In this document: positions 9,790 to 17,859 of the stretch, piece after piece
Numbering within the stretch: the stretch's first letter is position 1
How the letters are laid out: the number at the start of each line of letters is the position of its first letter
From: an uncultured bacterium
GTDB taxonomy: Bacteria > JAJVIF01 > JAPKYR01
Direction: 5' to 3'
Length of the DNA: 32,984 nt
Assembly: GCA_965369865.1 (NCBI GenBank)
Contig: CBDURU010000027.1
Coordinates: forward strand, 1 to 32,984
Position numbers and translations under genes: made by a program
The notes under the pieces: model-generated
Told to the model about the DNA's origin: nothing
Seen by the model: only the letters and a program-made list of their open reading frames with translations
Databases searched by the model: none

Positions 9790-9868
9790 GCCGTTGATAC
9801 TCTAGCAGGAAAGTTCTTCACCACCAGAATTGATAAGAAACCCCCTTCCAGATATGTGAGGGGTTTTT
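9790..9868 (+). repeat. Left direct repeat flanking MNT-HEPN (45-bp core plus terminator hairpin)
   Basis: 9790-9834 matches 10628-10672 at 40/45 nt, followed by an AAACCCCC...GGGGTTTTT hairpin. Confidence 0.85.
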
Positions 9869-9911
9869 GGGGACTAATTAATTGAGGCTTAATTCTGGTA
9901 TAATTATGGTC

Positions 9912-10232
9912 ATGGGGATTGATGAATCATTAATCGCGGAGATTGTCAGACGCATACTTGAGGTTATCAAGCCTGACAAAATCATATTATTTGGTTCTGC
10001 CGTTGAAGGAATAATGACACCCGACAGCGATATCGATCTTCTCATTCTTGAAAAATCCCCCGACCCCAATAGAAATATAAGGTTACTGGTGAGGAAGAAC
10101 CTTCGAGGGCTGGGATTTCCATTCGACATCATTATTATGGCTGCCGACCGATTCGATGAGACAAAGGAATTTGTCGGGGGAATCGCCTATCCTGCAAATA
10201 GAAATGGGAAAGTCGTTTATGAATCCGCCTGA
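9912..10232 (+). CDS. Minimal nucleotidyltransferase (MNT) antitoxin
   Basis: KIILFGSAVEG...DSDIDLLI (GSx10DxD motif), FDII. Start placed at ATG 9912 (9906 is an alternative). Confidence 0.88.
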   Translation: MGIDESLIAEIVRRILEVIKPDKIILFGSAVEGIMTPDSDIDLLILEKSPDPNRNIRLLVRKNLRGLGFPFDIIIMAADRFDETKEFVGGIAYPANRNGKVVYESA

Positions 10233-10626
10233 TGAAACAAAGCGGGAAATGGTCCGGCAGTGGGTAGATAGAGCGCAGGATGACCTTGGGCTGGCTGAGC
10301 ATCTTCTTAAGGAAGGTTTATATTTCAACGCCATTGGGTACAATTCGAAACAGGCTGCAGAAAAGTTCCTGAAGGCTTTTTTGGCAGCCCATCAGAAGCC
10401 ATTTCCGAAAACACATGATTTGGAATTTCTTCTGGAAATAATCGAGACTTTGAATATCGGTTTGGCCGAGTCTCTGAGTGAAGTGTCAAAGCTGGATGAT
10501 TATGGAGCTGATATCCGTTATCCCAGTGACATGCGCACGCTGACATTCGATAAAGCTAAGGAAGCCGTAGCCATTGCAGTGCTGGTTCGGGACAATATTC
10601 TACCGCATTTGAAAAATGCCTTATAG
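10219..10626 (+). CDS. HEPN domain protein (partner of MNT)
   Basis: W...AQDDL, QAAEKFLKAFL, PKTHDL, RYP motifs; overlaps the MNT 3' end. Confidence 0.88.
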   Translation: MNPPDETKREMVRQWVDRAQDDLGLAEHLLKEGLYFNAIGYNSKQAAEKFLKAFLAAHQKPFPKTHDLEFLLEIIETLNIGLAESLSEVSKLDDYGADIRYPSDMRTLTFDKAKEAVAIAVLVRDNILPHLKNAL

Positions 10627-10627
10627 C

Positions 10628-10709
10628 GCCGATGATACTCTAGCGGGAAAGTTCGTCGCCACCAGGATTGATTTATAACCCCCTTTGGGAAATCAAAGAG
10701 GGGGTTTAT
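10628..10709 (+). repeat. Right direct repeat flanking MNT-HEPN (core plus terminator hairpin)
   Basis: Begins 1 nt after the HEPN stop; ends in an AACCCCCTTTG...CAAAGAGGGGGTT hairpin. Confidence 0.85.
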
Positions 10710-10869
10710 TGTGTAATTGATTATCCTTTTAACCTTATTGCAAAAAAAACTAAAAAAATATCAATAACATGTCAGGAAATTGCCGGCTGAAACGTTAGAA
10801 GGGTAGAGAATGCTAAAAGGTGAGTTAAAAATCAACAGATTGTTGCAGCTTCTCTGAAAGAAGGTTAGA

Positions 10870-12231
10870 ATGAAAGAACAGATTCTTCAAATGGCCCTTA
10901 TTAATCAGAAAGATCCAACGACGACTGAGCAAGATGTTTCAAATGATGTAAAGGCTGAGGACAACAAGCTTCGTCCAGAAGATCGTGCCGTACACGACTG
11001 GTACAGGTTTGTTTTATCTTATCCTCCCCACTTAGTGCAAAAATACCTTAATCATTTTAAAGTCAATCAAAATCAATGCGTACTAGATCCTTTTTGCGGG
11101 ACTGGCACTACACTCGTGGAATGCAAGAAAAATGGAATCCCATCCATAGGAATAGAAGCCAACCCGATGGCTTGTTTTGCTAGTGAAGTTAAAGTGTCAT
11201 GGGATATAGAACCACAAAGGCTACTAAAACATGCCCAAATGATTGCAAAAGCTGCGAATAATAGGCTTAGTGATCAAGTTCTCTATACTGAAGATGCATT
11301 ACTTTTCTCAGGGAAGGACATCTCGCAAGCCCAGTTGCTTAAACTCCCCCTTGAACAAGAGAAGCTACTCTTAAAGAACTCAATAAGTCCAATACCATTA
11401 CATAAAACTCTAGTTTTATTGGATGTACTCGAACAATTTAAGGATGATGTCCTTATTAAGTATGAGCACTTGGCTTTGGCTAAAGCAATGGTTCATGGTA
11501 TAAGTAATCTGCGTTTTGGGCCAGAGGTTGGTGTCGGTAGATCTCGAGAAGATGCCCCAGTCATCAAGATTTGGTTAGCAAATGTTATCGACATGGTAAA
11601 TGATTTACAATCCTTTAATAGCAAATCCAAAGCGGTCGTTCATAGAGCCGATTCTAGGTCAATCGGGGATATCCTAAACCCCTGTTCAATTGATGCTGTT
11701 ATTACCTCTCCACCTTATCCAAATGAGAAAGACTACTCTCGAACAACCCGTCTTGAGTCAGTATTATTAGGCTTCATCAACAATAAAACTGAACTCAGAG
11801 CGGTTAAGCAAGATCTCATTCGCTCAAATACTCGAGGTGTTTATAAGAGTGATCAAGATGATTTATTAATTGAGAATCATTGCGAAATTCAGCGTATCGC
11901 TAATGAAATAGAGAAACGTCGAATCGAACTTGGTAAAACATCGGGTTTTGAACGTCTATATGCCAGAGTCACAAAACTCTACTTTGGAGGTATGGCAAAG
12001 CATTTATCAACACTTCGCACTTTTTTGCGACCAGGAGCACAATTAGCATACGTTGTTGGTGACCAAGCATCATATCTGAGAATCATGATACGAACTGGTG
12101 AATTACTCGCTGACATTGCTCAAAATCTTGGTTATGAGTTAATTGGGCTCGACTTATTTAGAACCCGTCTCTCTACAGTCACAAAAGAACAACTTCGGGA
12201 AGAGGTCCTCTTATTACGTTGGCCAGGGTAA
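10870..12231 (+). CDS. DNA methyltransferase, N4-cytosine type (alpha motif order)
   Basis: Motif I DPFCGTGTT near the N-terminus and motif IV ITSPPY far downstream; AT-rich codon usage. Confidence 0.88.
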   Translation: MKEQILQMALINQKDPTTTEQDVSNDVKAEDNKLRPEDRAVHDWYRFVLSYPPHLVQKYLNHFKVNQNQCVLDPFCGTGTTLVECKKNGIPSIGIEANPMACFASEVKVSWDIEPQRLLKHAQMIAKAANNRLSDQVLYTEDALLFSGKDISQAQLLKLPLEQEKLLLKNSISPIPLHKTLVLLDVLEQFKDDVLIKYEHLALAKAMVHGISNLRFGPEVGVGRSREDAPVIKIWLANVIDMVNDLQSFNSKSKAVVHRADSRSIGDILNPCSIDAVITSPPYPNEKDYSRTTRLESVLLGFINNKTELRAVKQDLIRSNTRGVYKSDQDDLLIENHCEIQRIANEIEKRRIELGKTSGFERLYARVTKLYFGGMAKHLSTLRTFLRPGAQLAYVVGDQASYLRIMIRTGELLADIAQNLGYELIGLDLFRTRLSTVTKEQLREEVLLLRWPG

Positions 12232-12252
12232 TATTATTTCAAGGAGATTGCA

Positions 12253-13041
12253 TTGGCTAATAAGAATGCATATACATCGATAATAGAAAAAATTTTCTTG
12301 TCTCATTACTCGGTCAACAAGGACTATGTGGAATTTGAACGAAGTGACCTCGAAAAGGTTGCTATAGAATTGAACATCGACGTGCCTAGGAATTTAGGAG
12401 ACATTATCTATAGTTTTAGATTTCGTACTGATTTTCCAGAAAAAATCATTGAGAAAGCACCGGAAGGGAAAATGTGGGTCATTCGGCTAGCAGGTAGAGG
12501 AAAATACAAATTCGCTCTGGTCCCTGACAAACCCATTGAGCCGAATCCGAATATGATTTCAATAAAGATACCCGATGCTACCCCAGGAATTGTTGCGAAG
12601 TACTTATTAAATGACGAGCAAGCACTTTTAGCAAAAGTCCGATACAATCGATTGATAGATGTATTCTTGGCAATTACATGTTATTCACTACAGAATCACC
12701 TTCGCACAACGGTACCAGAGATGGGCCAAGTTGAAACGGATGAGATTTATGTTGGATTGGATAAAAAAGGCAAGCACTATGTTGTCCCAATCCAAGCTAA
12801 AGGTGGCACTGATAAAATAAGTATTGTTCAAATCGAACAGGATTTCGGTCTTTGCAAACATAAGTTTCCTTTACTCATTTGTCGACCAGTTGCTGCTCAA
12901 TTCACAAGTGAAGATGAAATTGTACTTTATGAGTTTGGGGAAGGTGACGAAGAGCTTGGGATATTAACAGAAAAACACTACAAATTAGTTTCTCCAGATG
13001 AGATTAGTGACGCAGATTTAAAGGACTATAAAAAACGATAA
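12253..13041 (+). CDS. Putative type II restriction endonuclease (PD-(D/E)xK-like)
   Basis: Directly downstream of the MTase, with SD AAGGAG and a TTG start. QVETDEIYVG...PIQAKGG resembles a D...QxK catalytic motif. Confidence 0.7.
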   Translation: MANKNAYTSIIEKIFLSHYSVNKDYVEFERSDLEKVAIELNIDVPRNLGDIIYSFRFRTDFPEKIIEKAPEGKMWVIRLAGRGKYKFALVPDKPIEPNPNMISIKIPDATPGIVAKYLLNDEQALLAKVRYNRLIDVFLAITCYSLQNHLRTTVPEMGQVETDEIYVGLDKKGKHYVVPIQAKGGTDKISIVQIEQDFGLCKHKFPLLICRPVAAQFTSEDEIVLYEFGEGDEELGILTEKHYKLVSPDEISDADLKDYKKR

Positions 13042-13053
13042 TTTGCTCTAGGT

Positions 13054-13589
13054 TTACACGGAAATTAGTGGTGCCCGGAGATTCCTCCATGTCTTTAGCA
13101 CTGCCTTCGAGTAGAAAAACGGATGGTAACCGCAAACTAAACAAAGGCCTGTCAGTAATGTAATCAAACCAAAATTGAATCCTTTCCAAGCTGACCACAT
13201 CTTGAATAAAACACCTCCCCATCCCGAACAAACCAATTAAGCACCATACTCCCCAGTCCTTCCCAGCCCCACTGTTAAAATCACCCCTACGGCATCAGGA
13301 ACCTGTCGATCCCAAACCATTCAAGTATAAAAATTATCGTCGATATCACCAGGTGCTTCGCCTTCTCGGGAAAAAAATGGCTGTTCATCAGGATGAGTGA
13401 GCACAATAATACTACGGGGTATCCAATCTGCTGAATGCGGTAATAAATCACCGGGATATTCCATTCGGTGAATGGTGTCGGGGAGAAGTAAATCCAGAAG
13501 AAAAATAACTGGATCAGGAAAAATATGGCATGCATAAAGACAAATGACGGCCAATCATCGCTGTCGAAGTCAAGTCTGTTTCGTTTCAT
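13054..13589 (-). pseudogene. Membrane protein gene, apparently disrupted (100-aa ORF 13287-13589 plus hydrophobic downstream fragments)
   Basis: SD GGAGG before ATG 13589. Hydrophobic, Trp/Gly-rich sequence continues in shifted frames past the stop, with shifts at G-runs near 13284 and 13218. Confidence 0.4.
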
Positions 13590-13704
13590 GATCTGCCTCC
13601 CAGGTTGAATCGATATAATAGCACCAGGTATTTAATATGATATGAGAAGGTTAGGAATAGTTGAATAAAATAGAGCTTAAAACGGTAAAAAATCAACTGT
13701 TTAC

Positions 13705-13733
13705 TTGACTTACCAGGATGGATAGGTTATAGT
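13705..13733 (+). promoter_or_regulatory. sigma70 promoter of the feo operon
   Basis: TTGACT (13705-13710), 17 nt, TATAGT (13728-13733). Confidence 0.7.
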
Positions 13734-13738
13734 CCTAA

Positions 13739-13755
13739 TTGAGATTCAATCTCAA
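13739..13755. promoter_or_regulatory. Fur-like iron-responsive operator
   Basis: Perfect palindrome TTGAGATT-C-AATCTCAA at the predicted TSS upstream of feoA. Confidence 0.7.
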
Positions 13756-13789
13756 ATACATATTGCGGTCGTATTTAATCAGAAAATAC

Positions 13790-14068
13790 ATGCTTTCTAT
13801 GATAAAAAAAACGATTCATCAGAACTCAATGCTTCTAACGGAAACTCCGATTGAAATTCCCTTGATAGTTACCGCTGTGAACGCCGGGAGAACCGCGCAG
13901 GCACGTCTGGCATCGATGGGAGTTCTGCCGGGTGAGAAATTAATGGTCCTTAGAAACGATATAAACGGTCCACTTGTTCTGGAAGTGAAAGGAACGAGGG
14001 TCGCTATAGGCAGAGGACTTTGCCAAAAGGTAATGGTTTCACAGAGCAACATAGAATCCAGGGAATAG
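13790..14068 (+). CDS. feoA: Ferrous iron transport protein A
   Basis: RLASMGVLPGE...GPLVLEVKGTRVAIGRGLCQKVMV. Start uncertain (13790, 13799 or 13829). Confidence 0.9.
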   Translation: MLSMIKKTIHQNSMLLTETPIEIPLIVTAVNAGRTAQARLASMGVLPGEKLMVLRNDINGPLVLEVKGTRVAIGRGLCQKVMVSQSNIESRE

Positions 14069-14160
14069 AATAGGAATTTATAGATCCAACCACCCTGGTG
14101 GCAAATCCTGGTTGCCGCCATTTTTTATGGACCTGGAAATGAAAAGGAACTGTTGAAAAC

Positions 14161-16632
14161 ATGGGTAAGGAAATCACAATAGCATTTGCCGGGAATCCGA
14201 ATTCTGGAAAGACAACGATCTTTAACCGGATCACAGGAACCCGCCAGCATGTCGGGAATTACCCCGGTGTGACCGTTGACATAAAGGAAGGCCGACGGAA
14301 GATCGACGGAATTCCCGTGAAGTTTGTCGACCTGCCCGGAACCTACAGCCTGACCGCGCTCTCTGAAGAGGAACTTGTCTCAAGGGATTTCATCGTTGAA
14401 TCGAAACCCGATGTGGTAGTCGATGTACTCGATGCCAGTACCCTTGAAAGGCAGCTCTATCTCGCGGTTCAGCTCATCGAGCTTGGGGTTCCACTGGTGC
14501 TGGCATTCAACATGACCGATGTCGCTGAGAAAGCGGGATTTAAATTTGATATTCCCCTGCTTTCTGATCTTCTTGGAATCCCGATTGTCCAGACAACCGC
14601 CACTTCCGGGAAAGGCATTGACGAATTACTCCAAAAAGCGTTGAGTGTAGCGCGGAAGGAAATCGAGCACGAGTCTAAACCACTGGTTTACGGAAAAGAA
14701 CTCGATACTGAGCTCGACAGGATCGTTACGCGTCTCAGCTCCACCGAGGTCAATCCATACAACGATCTTCCTTTAAAATGGTCCGCGATCAAACTTCTCG
14801 AGAACGATTCAGAAGTTATTTCGGATTTCATGAACACGGGGAGCGATGTCGGCCAACTATTCGATGCGGTCGAAGATTCCAGGCAGCGTCTCGCCCGGAT
14901 TTATTCTGATCCTGCCGACATGCTGATCGCTGAGGCTCGGTACGGGATTATTTCTGGGGCCGCATCGGAAGCGGTCACGCGGACAGTCGAGGAGCGGCAT
15001 AATTTTTCTGACCGGCTTGATACGGTTTTAATCAACCCATTCGTCGGCATGCCAATATTCCTTGTACTCATGTACCTCGTGTTCTGGCTGACCTTCACAA
15101 TCGGGGATCCATTAATGGGATGGCTTGAAACCGGTTTTGCCTGGCTTGGCGCTGCAGTCAACGGCTGGTTCGGAGAGGGTTCCGAGAGTCCGATCAGGTC
15201 GCTCCTTGTGGACGGGATAATCGGCGGAGTCGGTGGAGTTATCGTTTTTCTGCCGAATATCATGCTCCTGTTTATCTCGATCGCGGTTCTTGAGGACACC
15301 GGCTACATGGCACGCGCAGCTTTCATAATGGACCGGTTGATGCATAAGATCGGCCTGCACGGGAAAAGTTTCATTCCTATGCTGATCGGATTCGGATGCT
15401 CGGTGCCAGCGATAATGGGAACCAGGATTCTCGAAAATAAGCGCGACAGGCTGGTTACCATACTTGTTATTCCGCTGATGAGCTGCGGTGCTCGGCTTCC
15501 GATCTATGCACTGATAATCCCCGCGTTTTTCCCAAGCCATCTGCATGGGCCGATGCTCTGGATCATTTATGTTATTGGAATAATATTGGCCATTTTTCTG
15601 GCAAAAATTCTGAGGACAACTATTTTTAAAGGCGAAAGTTTACCTTTCGTCATGGAACTCCCGCCGTACCGGATTCCAACCATCCAGGGACTTCTGATTC
15701 ACGCATGGGATCGCGGACGTATGTATTTGAAAAAAGCCGGTACGATTATTCTGGCAATTTCAATCCTACTCTGGTGGGCGACAGCATACCCAAAACTACA
15801 AATTTACTCCGAGGATTACGATTCACAACTCGAAACACTCAGCTTTGACTATGAAATTCAGCTCACGGATGTCAACCGGGAACTCGGACTTCCCGACGGA
15901 TTCGACAATATTAAAGTTGCGCTGGATGAGTGGATAGAAGGTGACAGATCTGAGTTTACAACCACGAACAGCCTGCTCGCGGACAGGTTCCTGGAGACAG
16001 TTATCGAGATAGATGAAATCAGGACCGGATTCGATCGGGCAGTCGATGAACAGGGCCTGATAGAAAACACACCCGATTTCATCACTGTAAAATTCATATT
16101 TGATACCAGGTTGACTGAACTTGAGGAGTCAAAACCACAATACTTCCCGATCGCGGAAAATTACCTGGATAATATTTTGTCCCCATACCTGGCCCATAGC
16201 AGGGAGATCGAATTCAAGATCAATGAGGAGGAATTGAACTACTCGATCATGGGAAGATTCGGGCGTTTTCTCGAGCCGGTCTTCCGTCCGATGGGGTACG
16301 ACTGGAAACTTGTGACAGCGACACTCGGGGCACTGGCCGCCAAGGAGGTTTTTGTCGCGCAGCTCGGAATCGTTTTTTCAGTCGGGGAAGCCGACTTCGC
16401 ATCATCATCGCTCAGGCAGAAACTTCTGGATAATTACAGCCCGCTTATCGGATTCTGCATAATGCTGTTCTCGCTCGTGAGCGCTCCGTGTGTGGCAGTA
16501 CTCGTCGTGACACGGTCCGAAACCCGGTCGTGGGGATGGGCCGCGTTTCAATTTTTCGGACTGACCGTTCTCGCGTGGATTCTAACGACAATCGTATTCC
16601 AGGTCGGAACTTTTTTCGGAATTGGACTATGA
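14161..16632 (+). CDS. feoB: Ferrous iron transport protein B
   Basis: G1 GNPNSGKT, VGNYPGVTV, DLPGTYSL, NMTD, GFGCSVPAIM, MSCGARLP, PFVMELPPY, APCVA. Confidence 0.97.
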   Translation: MGKEITIAFAGNPNSGKTTIFNRITGTRQHVGNYPGVTVDIKEGRRKIDGIPVKFVDLPGTYSLTALSEEELVSRDFIVESKPDVVVDVLDASTLERQLYLAVQLIELGVPLVLAFNMTDVAEKAGFKFDIPLLSDLLGIPIVQTTATSGKGIDELLQKALSVARKEIEHESKPLVYGKELDTELDRIVTRLSSTEVNPYNDLPLKWSAIKLLENDSEVISDFMNTGSDVGQLFDAVEDSRQRLARIYSDPADMLIAEARYGIISGAASEAVTRTVEERHNFSDRLDTVLINPFVGMPIFLVLMYLVFWLTFTIGDPLMGWLETGFAWLGAAVNGWFGEGSESPIRSLLVDGIIGGVGGVIVFLPNIMLLFISIAVLEDTGYMARAAFIMDRLMHKIGLHGKSFIPMLIGFGCSVPAIMGTRILENKRDRLVTILVIPLMSCGARLPIYALIIPAFFPSHLHGPMLWIIYVIGIILAIFLAKILRTTIFKGESLPFVMELPPYRIPTIQGLLIHAWDRGRMYLKKAGTIILAISILLWWATAYPKLQIYSEDYDSQLETLSFDYEIQLTDVNRELGLPDGFDNIKVALDEWIEGDRSEFTTTNSLLADRFLETVIEIDEIRTGFDRAVDEQGLIENTPDFITVKFIFDTRLTELEESKPQYFPIAENYLDNILSPYLAHSREIEFKINEEELNYSIMGRFGRFLEPVFRPMGYDWKLVTATLGALAAKEVFVAQLGIVFSVGEADFASSSLRQKLLDNYSPLIGFCIMLFSLVSAPCVAVLVVTRSETRSWGWAAFQFFGLTVLAWILTTIVFQVGTFFGIGL

Positions 16633-16691
16633 CAATGAACGGACTGTGATAATGAACGGACTATGACAATATACGGACTATGACAATGAAC
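16624..16691 (+). repeat. 4 x 17-bp tandem repeat (GGACTATGACAATGAAC) spanning the feoB stop and the next start
   Basis: Units at 16624, 16641, 16658 and 16675. Confidence 0.92.
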
Positions 16692-16880
16692 CTGGAAACT
16701 TTGATAATCGCAATTGTAGTAACCGCCGCGGCAATTTACGCGGGTAGAGTACTGTTCAGGAAGGCACGCGGTAAAAACGAATGCTGTGACAGTACACCCA
16801 GCCATGGATGCGACGGCTGCAGCATGGCGGACAAATGCGGGATTGAAATAAAACTCACGAGCACAGATGAACAGAAGTAA
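16680..16880 (+). CDS. FeoB-associated Cys-rich membrane protein
   Basis: Single TM (LIIAIVVTAAAIY) then CC...GCDGC...C, immediately after feoB. Confidence 0.85.
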   Translation: MTMNLETLIIAIVVTAAAIYAGRVLFRKARGKNECCDSTPSHGCDGCSMADKCGIEIKLTSTDEQK

Positions 16881-16888
16881 GACCGTGG

Positions 16889-16907
16889 CATCCGCCTCAG
16901 GCGGATG
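16889..16907. repeat. GC-rich palindrome (REP-like or weak terminator) after the feo operon
   Basis: CATCCGCCT-C-AGGCGGATG, with no U-tract. Confidence 0.5.
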
Positions 16908-17221
16908 GAATCTCGTTACTTGCGAGTCCCGCGCAGGTTTGGAAGGCGTATCGGGTGTATCCGTATCTCCCCTTTTTTTTCGCGATTTTACTGTATCCCT
17001 GAGACAGGCGCGATCCGCATTATGAGCGGGCTGGAGTGCCGTTTTGGGTGTATCAGAGAGACAGTCGGGATTTCCGGTTTTGACGCCCTCAGCCGTATCA
17101 GGATACGGGGGAGGGTGCCCGGATAATTGATTCCCCTCGTACGTTTCTACATCTGATCATGATGCTCTCCACTTACTATTAGGACATGTTAAGGGATGAT
17201 TGGCGCGGGAGGGGGGGAAAT

Positions 17222-17293
17222 CAAGGGAAACCCTCCTAACTCGTAGAACTCGTTGTGAGGGGCCATCGGTCCATATTACAATGTGATGTGGGG
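17222..17293 (+). repeat. Left direct repeat of the YtrA-ABC-SBBP module
   Basis: CAAGGGAA(A)CCCTCC.AACTCG followed by a 37-bp block (17257-17293) that is 35/37 identical to 22365-22401. Confidence 0.85.
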
Positions 17294-17353
17294 GGGATAT
17301 GGAACCCATATCAGGTAGATGTGGGTCTACCGCTGTTGAAATTATTTATGGAT

Positions 17354-17378
17354 CCCGGGAAATGCATTCCCGGGCTAC
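17354..17378 (-). repeat. GTAG-type REP element (family C)
   Basis: The minus strand reads GTAG-CCCGGGAA-TGCAT-TTCCCGGG, a GTAG tetranucleotide plus a perfect 8-bp stem. Confidence 0.7.
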
Positions 17379-17433
17379 GGGAGTGGGTTAGGAAACTTGA
17401 AAAGATTGTAAAATAAAAATGTGGTCGAAGGTA

Positions 17434-17466
17434 TTGACAGAAGGCTGTCTATAGGGTATATGGACA
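17434..17466 (+). promoter_or_regulatory. Promoter with overlapping YtrA/GntR-type operator
   Basis: TTGACA at 17434-17439. The imperfect palindrome TGTCTATA-N5-TATGGACA (17446-17466) overlaps the -10 position. Confidence 0.6.
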
Positions 17467-17476
17467 CTATTACACG

Positions 17477-17857
17477 ATGCTGCTTCACTTGTCGGAAATA
17501 TTAGTAGAACCCCTTCATGCGCAAATCTCTCGTCAGATTCGCGCAAAGATACTATCCGGCACGATAGAAGAAAGGACTGCGCTGCCATCGATCAGGGCTA
17601 TGGCAAGGGAGCAGCATGTCAGTGTCATAACTGTCCAGCGGGCTTATGATGACCTGCAACGGGAGGGATTACTCCACTCTAAGAAAGGTAAAGGCCTTTT
17701 CGTTGCTCATATTACGGATGAGAAAAAGCAGGCATTAGCAAATGGTCGATTCAAAAAAATTATTGTACCGATCATTCAAGGCGCCATTGAGAGCGGAGTT
17801 AACAAGAAAGGGATTATAGAGATTGTGCAGGAAATACTTGGAAAGGTTGGAGAGTAG
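17477..17857 (+). CDS. GntR family (YtrA subfamily) transcriptional regulator
   Basis: PLHAQI...LPSIRAMA...VSVITVQRAY.DL...GKGLFV with a short C-terminal domain, followed by an ABC ATPase. Confidence 0.92.
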   Translation: MLLHLSEILVEPLHAQISRQIRAKILSGTIEERTALPSIRAMAREQHVSVITVQRAYDDLQREGLLHSKKGKGLFVAHITDEKKQALANGRFKKIIVPIIQGAIESGVNKKGIIEIVQEILGKVGE

Positions 17858-17859
17858 CT

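Noticed and set aside
9790..9868. Riboswitch aptamer plus terminator
   Set aside because: It does not match any riboswitch consensus I recognise, and the copies sit immediately after stop codons rather than in leaders.
13722..13739. DtxR/IdeR-type box (TAGG-N7-CCTA) over the feo -10
   Set aside because: The spacing is shorter than the DtxR consensus, and the adjacent perfect Fur-like palindrome is a better candidate.
14096..14127. Hairpin GGTGGCAA...TTGCCGCC plus T-run between feoA and feoB as an attenuator
   Set aside because: Plausible, but it is a single imperfect hairpin; I cannot distinguish a terminator from an mRNA-stability element or chance.
16905..17126. 73-aa plus-strand ORF with repeated CIR motifs
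   Set aside because: No SD, and the start lies in a palindrome. The repeats are a by-product of the GTATC DNA motif.
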